Assembly (NCBI GenBank): GCA_964016885.1
Contig: OZ024755.1
Coordinates: forward strand, 26,226,001 to 26,290,000
DNA: 64,000 nucleotides
Reading direction: 5' to 3'
Origin: Eledone cirrhosa
Taxonomy: Eukaryota
Made by a program: the position numbers and the translations under genes. Position 1 is the stretch's first letter. The number at the start of each line of letters is the position of its first letter. Positions 1-13,930 of the stretch are shown piece after piece. The notes below the pieces were generated by a model. The model saw nothing but the letters and a program-made list of their open reading frames with translations. It was not told where the DNA came from and did no database searches.

Positions 1-297
1 TTTAGGTGTTTTAATAATAGGGACTCCAGTTCTATTATAAAAAGCAACATGAACATGGAGTGTCTTGCTCGAGAACAATGTGCCCTGCTCTGCCCAGAAA
101 TTGAAATCATGACTTTATGACAATAAGTCAAACACAGTAAGCTTCAACTTCCTTAAGAAGGCTATCAAAAGAATTATTTAGATAACTAAAGAGTTAAAAA
201 ACTAAGAATAAAATGATGCAACCCTAATTTTAACACAGCTATGTCCATTTCTTAGGTTTCTATGTCTATTATAAAACAATGAGTCTACATTTGTAAA

Positions 298-465
298 GTT
301 CTCCAAGACCTGGGAAAGTTTCTCTCCAAGGCATAGATCTGAGAAAGTTTCTCTCCAAGTTACAGGCCTGGGAAAGTTTCTCTCCAAAGCACAGGCCTGA
401 GAAAGTTTCTCTCCAAGGCACAGGCCTGGGAAGTTTCTTTCCAAAGCACAGAAACCTGGAAAAGT
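298..465. repeat. 29-bp minisatellite, about 5.5 copies
   Basis: Unit approximately CCTGGGAAAGTTTCTCTCCAAGGCACAGG. Confidence 0.85.
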
Positions 466-644
466 GTTTTTTTTTCTTTCTTTTTTGCAGAAGACCAGTA
501 GCTGCTGATGCATGCAAGTCTCCTCTCTCCACAGCATCTTTGTTGTCCAAGAGAAAGGCAAAGCCTGATTCATCTTGGAATCAGTGTCAACACAAGTAAA
601 CTCAGTATACAAAGGACTGAGAAAGATTCCATGAAGCATTTCAT

Positions 645-925
645 CCAATGATCTATTAATTCCACCAACCTACAGATTGGTATTTTATTTAATGTTCTAT
701 TAATTCCACCAACCTACAGCCCTGGATTGGTATTTTATCCAATAATCTATTAATTCCACCAACCTACAGCTCTGAATTGGTATTTTATCCAATACTCTAT
801 TAATTCCACCAACCTACAGCTCTGAATTGGTATTTTATCTCATGAACTATTGAATCCACCAGTCTACAGTCCTGGATTGGTATTTTATCTCATAATCTAT
901 TAATTCCACCAATTGGTATTTTATC
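645..925. repeat. About 50-bp minisatellite, about 6 copies
   Basis: Unit approximately CTATTAATTCCACCAACCTACAGCTCTGAATTGGTATTTTATCCAATAAT. Confidence 0.85.
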
Positions 926-1440
926 AGCCCAAAAAGATTAATTCAGAGTGCAGACAGCCAGAACAAATACTGCAATGTATTTTATTTGACATTCAAATAA
1001 CTCTGCCAATTAGTTGCATCAACATAGATAGATATGTATTGTTACTATGTTTATATTAGAAAATATCAATACCTAGCATCAGATATCTAATGTGAATGTC
1101 TAATATGTGTGAAGGTACAGTAAAGTGTTCATTAAACTAATAAGAGTATTGAATCTATATATAAATTTCTGCAATTCTGTCACAACACGTAAAGAGGAAG
1201 GAATAGTTATAGTTTGTCTACCTTATACTACTCCTCTCTCTCTCTTTACGTCTGCTGCCTGCGTGAATGTATGCGTGAATAAAAGGAAGGGAATAGTGAA
1301 AAAAACTATGCTGAGTGTGAGTGTATGTCTATGAGTGTGTATGTTTGTGCGTTTATATTTATATACTTAAACATATAAATTCATGCACATACACACACAC
1401 ACATCAGTGTATGGAAAAAAATTCTAGTAAAGATAAATTA

Positions 1441-1659
<219 letters not shown>

Positions 1660-1847
1660 TTAGCATTTACATTATTCTATATTTACTATTGTATTTTCAC
1701 AGTAAAGGCTTTATCTTACATCTCGTTCATCCTCAATATTTTGTTCATATGTTTACTTAAAGTTGTGTTGACAGTTTGTCTGAAGTTTACATTACACTTT
1801 ATTATTGTAACTACAGCCGTTCATCACCACATATCATCTGTCTACTA

Positions 1848-2024
<177 letters not shown>

Positions 2025-2236
2025 TTAATCTTGAAATTACTGAAAAGATTTTTATCTCTTACAGGAGGTACATTTAAATACCAGTGTAATACAAAATATC
2101 AAGTCAAATCCCCTACTAAAATGAATTATTCATACCAAGTGGTGTAGGTGTTAGATTACAATAAAAATGCTATTTTTCTTTCTAGTTAGAAACAAAAAAG
2201 TCCCTATAACCATTTTTATATAAATAGGAAACTTAC

Positions 2237-2328
2237 AATTTGTTCGTAATAGTTTTTCGGTAACATTGCTAAGATATTGACAGGTTCCATCAGGTCATAT
2301 GGATCTACTTCTTCTGATATTACTGCGC
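2237..2328 (-). CDS. CKAP5: CKAP5 coding exon 7 (AVISEEVDPYDLMEPVNILAMLPKNYYEQI)
   Basis: DPYDLxEPVxILxxLPK motif; 92 nt; canonical splice sites. Confidence 0.93.
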
Positions 2329-2945
2329 CTGTAAGAAATAAATTATCTAGATGTATTTGTTTTGCAAGGTTTTTGATATAAAATCGTGTTGAAACAGAAA
2401 ATAGATATTGTTATATTTGGGGTGGGTCAGGTTTTCCTAATATTGCCAAAAAATAGTAATCTCTCCTCTGTTGGGAATAAAGGTTAGTATGATTCAGTCA
2501 AATGACTAAATACTCAACTACAAAGTTTCAGAAATCATCATTACCACCATCATCATTTAACATGTTTTCCTGCTAGCAAGGATTTATGGGTTGTCACAGA
2601 TCATGCAGTCCTCAAGTGGAGCTACTGACCTATCAGATGGGCTTGAGGCCTACATACATTTCTGCACTCAACTGAACGCTTTCAGACTGTAGCCTCACAT
2701 CTCATATACATTCCGGTGCTCTACCGAGTGCATTTTATTGTGGCACTAGCACTAGTGATATCATGTATTTGACACAGCTGAAGAGTGCTCATGACCTTTC
2801 TCTGGCAGTTTTGGGGGTAGTGGAGTGGATGGCCTTCCTATCACCAACCATTTTACAGAGTGTACTGGGTGTCATAATCATTTAGAAAATGGACAACACT
2901 ACAAAACCTTCAAATAAAGCCAAATAACTAATCAAGTATTCTTAC

Positions 2946-3090
2946 CTGGAGCTTCTCCATCTACACATGAGACAGCAGAAGCTGCTTGTTGTTCTAGTTT
3001 AGCTTTGAGATCATGCTGTGATCTCAAAAAACGAGCCTGAATAGGTCTTTCAGCAGGAAGTTTTTCAAATTCAGCTTCAAATTCTTGCAC
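2946..3090 (-). CDS. CKAP5: CKAP5 coding exon 6 (VQEFEAEFEKLP...RFLRSQHDLKAKLEQQ...)
   Basis: Lies within ORF 2932..3135; RFLRSQ linker motif; 145 nt; GTAAG donor. Confidence 0.93.
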
Positions 3091-3384
3091 CTGTTTATAT
3101 GCCAGAAAGGATAACGATTTTTTTATAACAATCATTAAATATAGAGTTAATTTGACATCAATTCAAGATTAAATATAGAAAATAAATTTAATAGGATTGC
3201 TCTCCCACATGCAACTTGAACGCTATAGTCTTAGACCAAAGTTTTATTTGCTTTGCTGTAGCACTCTAAAAATAAAACAATTTTCTACACAATGCTTCAA
3301 GCAAACTACAACACCCTCATAAAGTTTATATATCTAACATTATATATGTTCTGGTAACTCCCAATCTCTCTTTCTCTGTATGTG

Positions 3385-3727
3385 TCATCATTTCATCATT
3401 TCATTTTATGTCCACTTTTCCCTGCTTGCAAGGGTGGGACGGGAACTGATTCTGGCTTGATTTCTACAGCTGGATGCCCTTCCTAACACCAACCTCATTT
3501 ACAGTGAGTGCTGGGTGCTTTTTTGCCATGGCACCTCCACGACCACTTTGCAGTGGAATGATAGGGACCCCAGTCCCTATCATCTCATTTCTACAGCTGA
3601 GTAAACTGGAGCAATGTGAAATAAAGTGCCTTGCTCAAGGAAACAACACATCACCCGGTCTGAGAATTGAACTCACAACCTTTCGATTGCAAGGCCAATG
3701 CTCTAACCACTAAGCCATGTGCCTCCA
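3385..3727 (-). mobile_element. tRNA-derived SINE with RTE-type tail (second copy about 29230-29593 -)
   Basis: Head GGAGGCACATGGCTTAGTGG (A box) ... GAGTTCAATTC (B box); tail nearly identical to the RTE 3' UTR at 53730-53840. Confidence 0.85.
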
Positions 3728-3744
3728 TGTGTATGTATATATAT

Positions 3745-3891
3745 ATTATTTCTGAAGACGGCATATGTATGTGTTGGTATGTATATTCTATTTGATAGTT
3801 TGTATAATTTTGTATAATTTTGTACATAGATCTTTTGAATATGCATGCCAATTCTAACACATATATGTCCTAGAAACGATCGTTAAATAAT
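3745..3891 (+). ncRNA. Type I hammerhead-like motif with very long stem II
   Basis: ATTATTT-CTGAAGA-(about 114-nt imperfect hairpin)-GAAA, palindrome ACGATCGT, GUU triplet, then AAATAAT. Confidence 0.55.
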
Positions 3892-4262
3892 GAACTTTTT
3901 TTGTTTAATATAAGGAACTGTTTCATTGTTTTATTCATTATTTTTTTAATATTTTATCTTGACTCTGTATTCCGTTTATCTTTCACCGAAAGTGACTTTT
4001 GAATGCATCTCTTCTTTCCATGATATCCGGATTACATTGAGTTCTTCATACGGATTGGACACTACCGTAAACTTTTGGTAGATTTATCTACATATATATA
4101 TATATATATATATATGGATTGAGAGTTAGCAGTTTAGACTAGTAAGACTTATTGTTCAGCTTAGTACTCGATACTTAAGAAAGTAGAGTGTAGGTATTGT
4201 AATGAGTTACTGCAGGACAGCTGAGACTTTACCATTCCGATGGCAAGTGGATGGATGCATAC

Positions 4263-4293
<31 letters not shown>

Positions 4294-4583
4294 GAGCAGA
4301 CAAAGACACCTCTCAAATGTTGTAAAGAAACTGGATTTTAATTGTTTAAAATATTCAAAATCTAAATTTAGAGCATATCTTTATATTTTGTAATATCATT
4401 ATTTTCTGAAAACTTTAAAACAGTAATGGGCAAACTGCAGCCTGTGATCCACATGTGGCCTGTTTGGCTTTCTGAATGGCACACCTAATTTCAAAATTGC
4501 CTTGAATTTTTTTGTAGTGGAGCCTACCTTATGATGAGCAACATCCTACATGGCCCACTGTTCAAAAAATATTCATGGCTGCT

Positions 4584-4800
4584 TTAACCCTTTAGCATTT
4601 ACATTATTCTATATTTACTATTGTATTTTTGTGGTAAAGGGTTTATCTCACATTATATCGAATCTACGAGATTTTGATATTATTAATTTGCAGAATAATA
4701 CCTTAGTATTAGGTACGAGTAGTCAGTTACAGCCGGTTTGAACAGAAAGAGGTGAGAGAGTTCTGGCCGGATATGGCCGGTTTAAATGCTAAAGGGTTAA
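4584..4800. mobile_element. piggyBac-type TTAA MITE 'A', about 210 bp (copies at 10299, 12012, 12830, 17268, 21174/21306, 25366, 25701, 26928; partials at 1653, 11640)
   Basis: TTAA-CCCTTTAGCATTTA...TAAATGCTAAAGGG-TTAA: TIRs with a TTAA target duplication. Confidence 0.85.
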
Positions 4801-4860
4801 AACTATTCCAACTATTGTTGCATAAAATATAGAGAATAAGCAAATATAAATCAATATTAC

Positions 4861-5032
4861 CTGAATTGGGTTGAAATTGGTAAATTGTGATTTTATAGCA
4901 GTACCAATCCATCTATAGATTTCAATAACTAATTGCTTAGTTTCGTCACGCACTGTTTTATCGCGGTCTTCTAATAATTTTGCTAATACTTTTATTATGG
5001 GTTTCACTTGAATAACTTTAGAACCATATTCT
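4861..5032 (-). CDS. CKAP5: CKAP5 coding exon 5 (EYGSKVIQVKPIIKVL...DRDKTVRDETKQLVIEIYRWIG...NPIQ)
   Basis: Lies within ORF 4789..5052; AG/GT boundaries; 172 nt; conserved EIYRWIG. Confidence 0.95.
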
Positions 5033-5311
5033 CTGTAAGGTAATATTTTCAAAACATTTTTTTTTAATTGGTGAGAATATTTTAGAGTGGTTTTATAATT
5101 TAAAATAAAAATCCTTTAAAAATGAAAGTAAAATTATTTCATCAAGAAATAATTCAGCCACACGGAATCAAATCATATGAATATCTCATTTCTCAGAATT
5201 ATTTCATTAAAAAATTCAAAATGAAGGATTCTACAAATCAAAATCTATACTGAATTTGAATGAGACTATTTTCATATATGCAGTTCAGACATGAATTATA
5301 ATAAAACATAC

Positions 5312-5391
5312 CTTAAAGCACGAGTGAGTGCCATTATAGAGCCTATAACTATTTTAGGTTGTTTGAATTCCACTCCTTTCAGTAATTCTTC
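5312..5391 (-). CDS. CKAP5: CKAP5 coding exon 4 (EELLKGVEFKQPKIVIGSIMALTRALR)
   Basis: ttttcatag acceptor, GTATGT donor, 80 nt, EELLKG..KxPKIV motif. Confidence 0.93.
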
Positions 5392-5459
5392 CTATGAAAA
5401 GAAAAAGAAATATAAATAAACATATGTTTTAGTATAACAAACATAATAAAACAGTGAAA

Positions 5460-5942
<483 letters not shown>

Positions 5943-6423
5943 TCAATTAAGTATAACATAAAATGAATATTAATATAAGAACTCTTCCCAACTATCAAAC
6001 AATATGCCAATATAATTTGGGGCATAGTACTCAAACACTCCTTCAAGCGGGTCCTGTCAGAAGCAACCGTCTCCAACTAATCTCCAAGGCAGACCAGCCA
6101 AGCTCATGGATGTTATCCAACCATCTTGCTCGGCATCTACCCCTGGATCTTGTCAGTTGGTTTTGCCAGTAAAAGCTGTCCAGCGATTCTTTCCCCTCAG
6201 ACATTCTAATCACATAGTGTCAGAGTTGTGATCTCTCAATTAGGAGAAGTAGCGGCTCTACCTGGAGTGACTCTCTGATCTCCGACCTACACACCCTATC
6301 AAGTAACGTTACTCCAAAGAGGATCCTTGGAGGATCCCAATTTCAGCCGCTTGTATTTGTGATCGTATTCTGTCGTGAATCTTATCTAATGACCAAAAGA
6401 AAAGAAAGTAAGAAAAATAACTA

Positions 6424-6675
<252 letters not shown>

Positions 6676-7324
6676 TTAGGTTTAGCAATATTTTATATTT
6701 CATCATAATCAACAGCAGCATTTTACATCCACTTTTCATGTTGGCATAGCTTGAATAGGCTGTCATGATCCAAGCTATTGCCTTCCTCAGTCAGGGACTA
6801 TATCTCACTCTTATATTCTATTTTGGCATGTCTTCTAAAACTTCATGCCCTTCCTAATTCCAACCACTTTACAGAGTGTACTGGTTACATATTATCATAG
6901 TACCAGTACTAGAGACATTATGTTTCAGCAAAACTAGAGAGAGACAAAATACAATTACTCTATACACATGCAGAGTATACAATCTATACAATAGAAAAAA
7001 AAATGAGAAAGTTTTGTTTACATATAAAAAATATTTATTTTGTATCAACCTGTTACGCGCATTTCACAGAGAATTGGCTCAAGGTAACCCATAAGAGTTA
7101 TATATATATATATATATCCAAAATTAAGATAAATTGAATTAAATTAAGGGTGTCATGTCAGATAGACATGTGCCATATCACCCGTAAAATATGCTCCAAG
7201 ATTCTAATGAGTAGATCCAAGCATTTTATATCAACTAGAAATTGATTGACATATAATTAAACATATGAAACAATCACAGGGGATAATTTGTAAAAGTGTG
7301 ATGATATATATATATATATATATA

Positions 7325-9540
7325 ATATCATCATCATCGTTTAACGTCCATCTTCCACGCTAGCATGGGTTTAGATAGGAATTGTCCCACTTGAGGCAAG
7401 ATTGGTCGTGTCGCTCGTACGGGACTGTCTGGCAGGTTTTCTACAGCTGGATGCCCTTGCTAACACCAACCATGTTTACAGTGTGGACTGGGAGGTTTTT
7501 ACCGTGTTACCTACACAGCCATATTACAGCGTGGACTGTGTGTTTTTTTGTTGTGACACCTACACGACCTCATTTATTTAGGACTGGATGTTGTGGTACC
7601 AACATAACTTTACAGAGAAAGGGGTGGTGTTGATGGGGGAGTTGGGGGTAGTGGGAGGGGGGGTGTATATTTGATTAAGAGGTGCCTACTGACTGTAGGT
7701 TTTGCTTTGTACTTAGGCAAGGCAGGTTTTCTGTATTACTGCGTAGCGCCAAAGATCTCAGTCCAGTGACATTGTCTTAGAGAGGTGTAAGTTTGTAGGG
7801 TCGGAATTTATCAAATCGTCCCAGGTTTTTCTGGGTCTGTCTACTCCGTAACTTTCGTCAATTTTGATCGCCCTGCACTTTTTTATACAGCTGTCGTCTT
7901 TCATGCGCATCACGTGACCATACCAATGTAGTATTCTCTCGAGTAAACAGCATCTGATCCCTCTTATACCTAATTTCTCACTTAGTTCATTTATGCTTTG
8001 CTGTTCACGTATATTACTATTACACATCCAGCAGAGCATGCATGCTTCGTTCTTCTCCAGTCTGCGCAGATCCTCTGCACACAATGCCCATGTCTCACTG
8101 CCATGTAACATAGCTGTTCGTATGCAGACATCATACAGTCTGCCTTTCATTTTTAGAGAGAAACCTTTAGCGGCCAATAGTGGTATAAGCTCTCTGAACT
8201 TTTTCCATCACGTTCTGACTCTAGCTACTATACTTTCTGAGCACCCTCCACCACTGCTGATTTTGTCACCCAGGTAACGGAAGGAGTCCACTATTTTTAT
8301 AGAACCATCTGGGCAATGGAATGAGCTAGTATTCTGTGGGCATTTGCTGCTACTTATTGCACCTGAGCACCAGCCACATATAAAATCTACATTCTTAGAT
8401 AGCTTACCTGTGATCCCACTACATTTTTATGCACCCATACTTTGCATTTGGGACATAAAATGGAATTTCTGCCTACTTCTTCCTTCACACTGCGCATGGC
8501 CATTTCCCAGAAGGGACCTGTGCCCTATTTTCCTTCCTACATACTAGAACTTTAGTCTTAGACAAGTTAACTTTAAGGCCTTTTGATTCTAGGCAATGCT
8601 TCCATGTTTGGAATTTCTTCTCTAGTTCAACCATTGATTCAGCTATGAGCGTTAGATCATCTGCATAGAGAAGTTCCCATGGGCAGCCGGTCTTGAACTC
8701 CTCTGTTATAGCCTGAAGGGCAATAATAAATAGGATGGGGCTAAGGACAGAGCCCTGATGAACACCAACTTTTATGCTAAATTCTTCACTATATTCGTTG
8801 TTAATTCTAACCTTGCTGGCTGTTTCTTTATACATGGCTTGTATAGCTTTCACAAGCCATTCATCAACCCCTAGTTTTCTAAGGGCCCACCAGATAATGG
8901 CACGAGGGACTCTGTCAAATGCTTTCTCAACAAAAGCTAAGTATAGGAGTTTACTTTTAGCTAGGTACTTATCCTGTAGTTGTCCTACAAAGAAAAGGGC
9001 GTCTGTGGTACTTTTTTACCTGACACAAACCCAAACTGCATTTCGTCTAGATCAATTTGCTCTCTGATTAGTTGCGCTATAACTTTTTCTGTGACCTTCA
9101 TGACCTGGTCAATTAATGCCTCTATAGTTTCCTCTATCTAGTGCATCTCCTTTACCCTTGTAGCAGTTAATGATGATGCTGCTACACCAGTCATTTGGTA
9201 TGATCCCGTTCTGTATGACTTGGTTCACTATCCGGGTGACCATAGTGTGTCCCACTGTTCCAGATGCTTTCAGCATTCAGCAACTATCTCCGAAGGCCCA
9301 ACTGCCTTGCTTGTCTTCATATCTTTGATTGCCTTACTTATTATACTACCTTCAACTTGCACTGCTGGTCCCGCTATTGGATCGATGTGGGGCAGACTAT
9401 CTTTGTCCCATTTAGTCTCCTCATTTAGTAGCCTCTCGTAGTGACACTTCCAAGCTACCTTATCAGCGTCAGTGATGGCAAGTACACCATCATCATTACG
9501 GACACACTTCTTCTCCCCAACAATATCACGGTTTTCCTTA
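7325..9540 (-). mobile_element. 5'-truncated, decayed RTE-clade LINE with internal PHD-like finger
   Basis: GVHQGSVLSP, PWELLYADD, WYGHVMR; frameshifts and stops; (GAT)n tail near 7325. Confidence 0.9.
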
Positions 9541-9755
9541 TATATATATATATATATATAGTAATAATAATAAATTTGAAGACTAAAATCCAAAGAGGGC
9601 TCGATAAGGATAAATATATATCAAATATATAAGAACCGTAGAGCAAATATTTATTAAAATAACAGATTAAAGTTTAAGCAAAGAATCGCTGCTTTCACCC
9701 TTAACGGGATCTTCTGAAAACTCTTTGCTTAAACTTTAATCTGTTATTTTAATAA

Positions 9756-9786
<31 letters not shown>

Positions 9787-12301
9787 GACACACACACACA
9801 TATATATATATATACAGACACACACACAAACAAACAAACACTCACACACACACACATATATATATACATATACATACACATATGTATTTGTGTATAAGAT
9901 GACTAAAACTCTCACCCAAAGCTTTCCAATGTGGAAAAGTGGATGTAAAAATGAAATTTATTTCAACCCCAAAATAAATATAAATTCAACATTTTCTAAA
10001 ACTACTTCGAATTACTCATGAAAAATATTCCAGCTAACATCACTCACTCAAACATGTAGACGGTAGGATTGGGGTGGTTAGCTGCCATAAAACTTTAAGT
10101 AAACACAAATACATACAGAGAAACAATACAGCTGTTTTCATGAAGTATATTCAAAGTTCAGAAATTAGGGGTGGGAAGGTGGCATATTAACTTGTATTAT
10201 ATATTTACACACACATGCCATTTTAATTCTTTGTTTATGCTTTCTGAAACCAAACCAACTGAAACTGTTCCTGGTTCTATGATACAAACTTGCTTATTTT
10301 AACCCTTTAGCATTTAAACCGGCCAGAATTCTCTCACATTTTTCTACTCATGCTACTGTTAAAGCATTGTTCTCAAAAAAAAAAAATAATAATATTAAAA
10401 TCTCATAGATTCAATATTATATGAGGTAAAGTCTTTACTGTGAAAACATAATAGTATATATAGAGTAATGTAACTGTTAAAGGGTTAAGGCGCTTATGTT
10501 TATTTAAAACCCTTCCTTCATAATTTTATGTAATAATATTTATGTTCCAAATTTCAACTTAATAAGAAAGTTAGTTATATTACTAAATCTCTTTGAATTC
10601 TTGAATATTTTAAAAATTATATGAATGACAAAGACGTTCATTAGAAATATGGTATATAAAGGGTTGACAAAAATTATTTAGAATGTAAACTAAATCAACA
10701 TATTTTTACAACTATTTTACATCTATTAGTAAATTTACTATGAGCAGAATGCATGTATAAAAACTACATAAGAATTGAATTATGTGCTGTTGTGTTTCCC
10801 AGACCAGCTCTAAATGAGCTGACTCATGATCAAAAGTATTCCTGCAATGGCCAGCCTACCTTTTTTTTTCAGGCATAGTGTATCAAGAACTACATTATCC
10901 AACATGTCTTTCCCATTTTTTTAAACACTAGAATTTTTTTCCATAAGCTGACGTGTATGTGTATATGAGTATATAAATATAAACGCACAAACACAAAAAT
11001 ACACACTCACAGACATACATTCACACATACACTCACACTCAGCATAGTTATTTTCACCATTTCCTTCTTTCCTTTTACACACACATCACATACATTCATG
11101 CAGGCAGTAGACGTAAAGAGAGAGGAGTAGTATGACGTAGACAAACTACTCCTTCCTCTTTACGTGTTGCGACAGATTCGCAGAAATTTATATATAGATG
11201 GTAGAGATGAGGGAGATTTGGTTACCATTTCTAGAAAGCCAAGCAACCTGCTAGAAATAGTAACCAAATCTCCTTTACGTTTCTAGTTAACTAATTAATA
11301 GGTGTAACCTCTAATTTATAACTAAAACAAACAAAAACCACTAGAATCTACTTTTCTAAGAGTACAAATGGATGAATCAGAGTTTGAACATAAAAGCAGC
11401 CAATTTCAGATTAAACTGTTAAATATATGTACAACCATTTTGCTACATTCCTTTAGAGTCTACACAGAAACTTTCAATACTATAATTCTAATGAAAGACA
11501 CAACCCAGGTGTTTTAATTCATTTTATAAATAATCAAGAATTTAGGGAAATTTGATAAAATAATTATTATGCAGGTGTTTAGAGTATAACTTATCAAAAG
11601 CTCTTATGATAACAGGTTTTTAGATAAATATAAATACATTTAACCTTTTAGCATTTAAACTGGCAAAATCCAGCCAGAATTCTCTCACCTCTTTCTGTTC
11701 AAACTGGCCAGTCAATACATCATATGTATGTGTGTGTGTGTATGTATGTACATCTAATTTCCGTGTCTTTGTCATGTACTGAAGCTAGACCGGTCAGGTA
11801 ACTATGATCCATTTTTGGCTTGGTTTCTATGGCTGGATATCCTTCCTAATGCAAACCACTTTACAGCATGTACAAGGAGTATTTTATCATGATCCAGCAC
11901 TAACTACCACCTTATAAGGTGGAGTGGGTGCTTTTTGTCATGGCACCAGCACTACAGTACGATTTGTGTGCTTTTGTGGCATCAACACTACCACCTAACA
12001 AGGAGCTGTTCTTAACCCTTTAGCATTTGAATTACTTTATGTTTACTATATATAGTATTTTTGCAGTAAAGGCATTATAATAGCGAATTTATGAGATTTT
12101 GATATTATTTATTTTGAGAACAATACCTAAACATAAGTATGAGCAGCCAGTTACAGCCGATTTGAACAGAAAGAGGTGAGAGAATTCTGGCCAGATATGG
12201 TTGGTTTAATCTTAGTGGAAAGAAAAATTTTAAATATCCAAAATAAGAAAGGCACAGAGAAAGCATCTCTTACAAGATTTTGATAAAAAGATAAAACTTA
12301 C

Positions 12302-12358
12302 CTTGTGCTGACATTTTCCCTCAATTGGTAATTTCAACCATTCACTGTCATCAGCCAT
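12302..12358 (-). CDS. CKAP5: CKAP5/XMAP215/ch-TOG first coding exon (MADDSEWLKLPIEGKCQHK)
   Basis: Matches the ch-TOG N-terminus (MxDDSEWLKLP). Acceptor tttag at 12375-6, then 16 nt of UTR; GTAAG donor at 12301; 57 nt, phase 0. Confidence 0.95.
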
Positions 12359-13629
12359 AATAATAGACACACAGCTAAAGGAAAAATGACAACAACAAAA
12401 ACAAAATATAATCTCAATCATGACAATTTTCAACAAATCATATTCTTTTATTTCTAACTTGAAAATAAAATATAAAAATAGTGAGGGGAGACAGAGTGAG
12501 AAAAAGAGAGGGCAAAAGTGAGAGAAGGGAGAGAAAGTGAGAGCAATAAAACAAGTCAGGAGTAAGATTGAAAGAAAAAGTATTATTAACCCATTAGCAT
12601 TTGCTTTAACTCTATATTTACTATTGCATATGTGTTGTATGTTAGAATGTGTCAATTATAAAGAGCGACAGATGGATATATATATAAATATAGAAATACA
12701 TGTGGCATATTATTATGGTTGATATTGTTTCCAGATGTGATATTTAGATCCATGTTCAGAAAAAAACAAAACAATTACATGTCATCTTCCACTATAAACT
12801 AAACCTGAAACCTCACATGTATTTTCAGTTAAGGCTTTACCTGACATAAATATCTCATATGATATCGAATCTATGAGATTTTGATATTTATTTTGAGAAC
12901 AATATCTTAATATCATATGAGTGGCCAGTTATGGCTGGTTTGAACAGAAAGAGGTGAGGGAATTCTGGCCAGATGTGGCTGGTTTAAATGCTATAGCATT
13001 AAGAAATCAATCGAAACAAGAATTTAACTAAAGAGAAATGTAAAGAATTCCCCACAAAACTTTAAAACTTGATTGTATCAATATTTATAACAGAAATAAG
13101 ATGAGTAGAAATTTTATTACTAATTTCAAACATTTTGCTAGCTGTCTGTCTGGGACTCAGAAGTTCATCAGGCCAGTGTTATCCCGGAAAGTACAAGACT
13201 CACCCCTGGACAGGATGCCAGTCCATTGCAGGGTTAAACTCCCAGCTATTGCTTGCTGGGTATACTGGAGCAATGTGAAATGAAATGTTTTGCTCGAGAA
13301 CATGCAACCCAGCCCAGGAATCAAACATATGACATTATGATCGCAAGGCCACACACTTCCATATTTTGCTAGCTAGTAAGTTATATTTACATACAAACAA
13401 GTAATACAAATTAACACAATATTGGACAATAGGGAATAATAATAGTCAAGAACTGAGATGATCGTGGCAGAGTTTAGTTGAATCATGCTATAGCATCTGG
13501 AAAAGACATTAAGTCAGATGTCAGCCTATAAATATATCAACAAACAGCTAAAACATTTTACACTAATAATTTCTAAAGCCTTACTCAAATAATAATCTAC
13601 TTTGGATATTTGCTACGAAATTAAGATAT

Positions 13630-13930
13630 AAAAGTTCATAGGCTGACTATGAAGGAGTGATGCTAGGGCTGTGAAATCTTGCATGCATTATTTCTTTTCG
13701 GGTAAACTGACATCAGGCTGTTCAAAAAAGACTTCAAAAGTAACTAGTAGCGACTTTTCTTGAAAATGGTCAAAATTTGGCATTGGGGTGTTATCAAGTA
13801 CCTGCAGAAAAAGGGTTTAATCCCCAAGGACATTCATACTGACAAGGTTACTACATTAGGGGATGGCGCTCCAGCTTTATCAACAGTGCAAAATGGGCAG
13901 CTGAATTTAGAAGAAGGGAGAGTCTTGACG
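13630..13930 (+). mobile_element. mariner transposon 5' fragment
   Basis: MVKIWHWGVIKYLQKKGL.PKDIH.D.V.TLGD.APALSTVQ, a mariner N-terminal HTH, then a frameshift. Confidence 0.7.

Noticed and set aside
202-648. 148-aa ORF with internal repeats
   Set aside because: It is a translation of the 29-bp minisatellite in a CKAP5 intron, with no protein-like signal.
3655-3727. tRNA gene
   Set aside because: A and B boxes are present, but the sequence continues into a multi-copy SINE body and lacks a proper acceptor stem.
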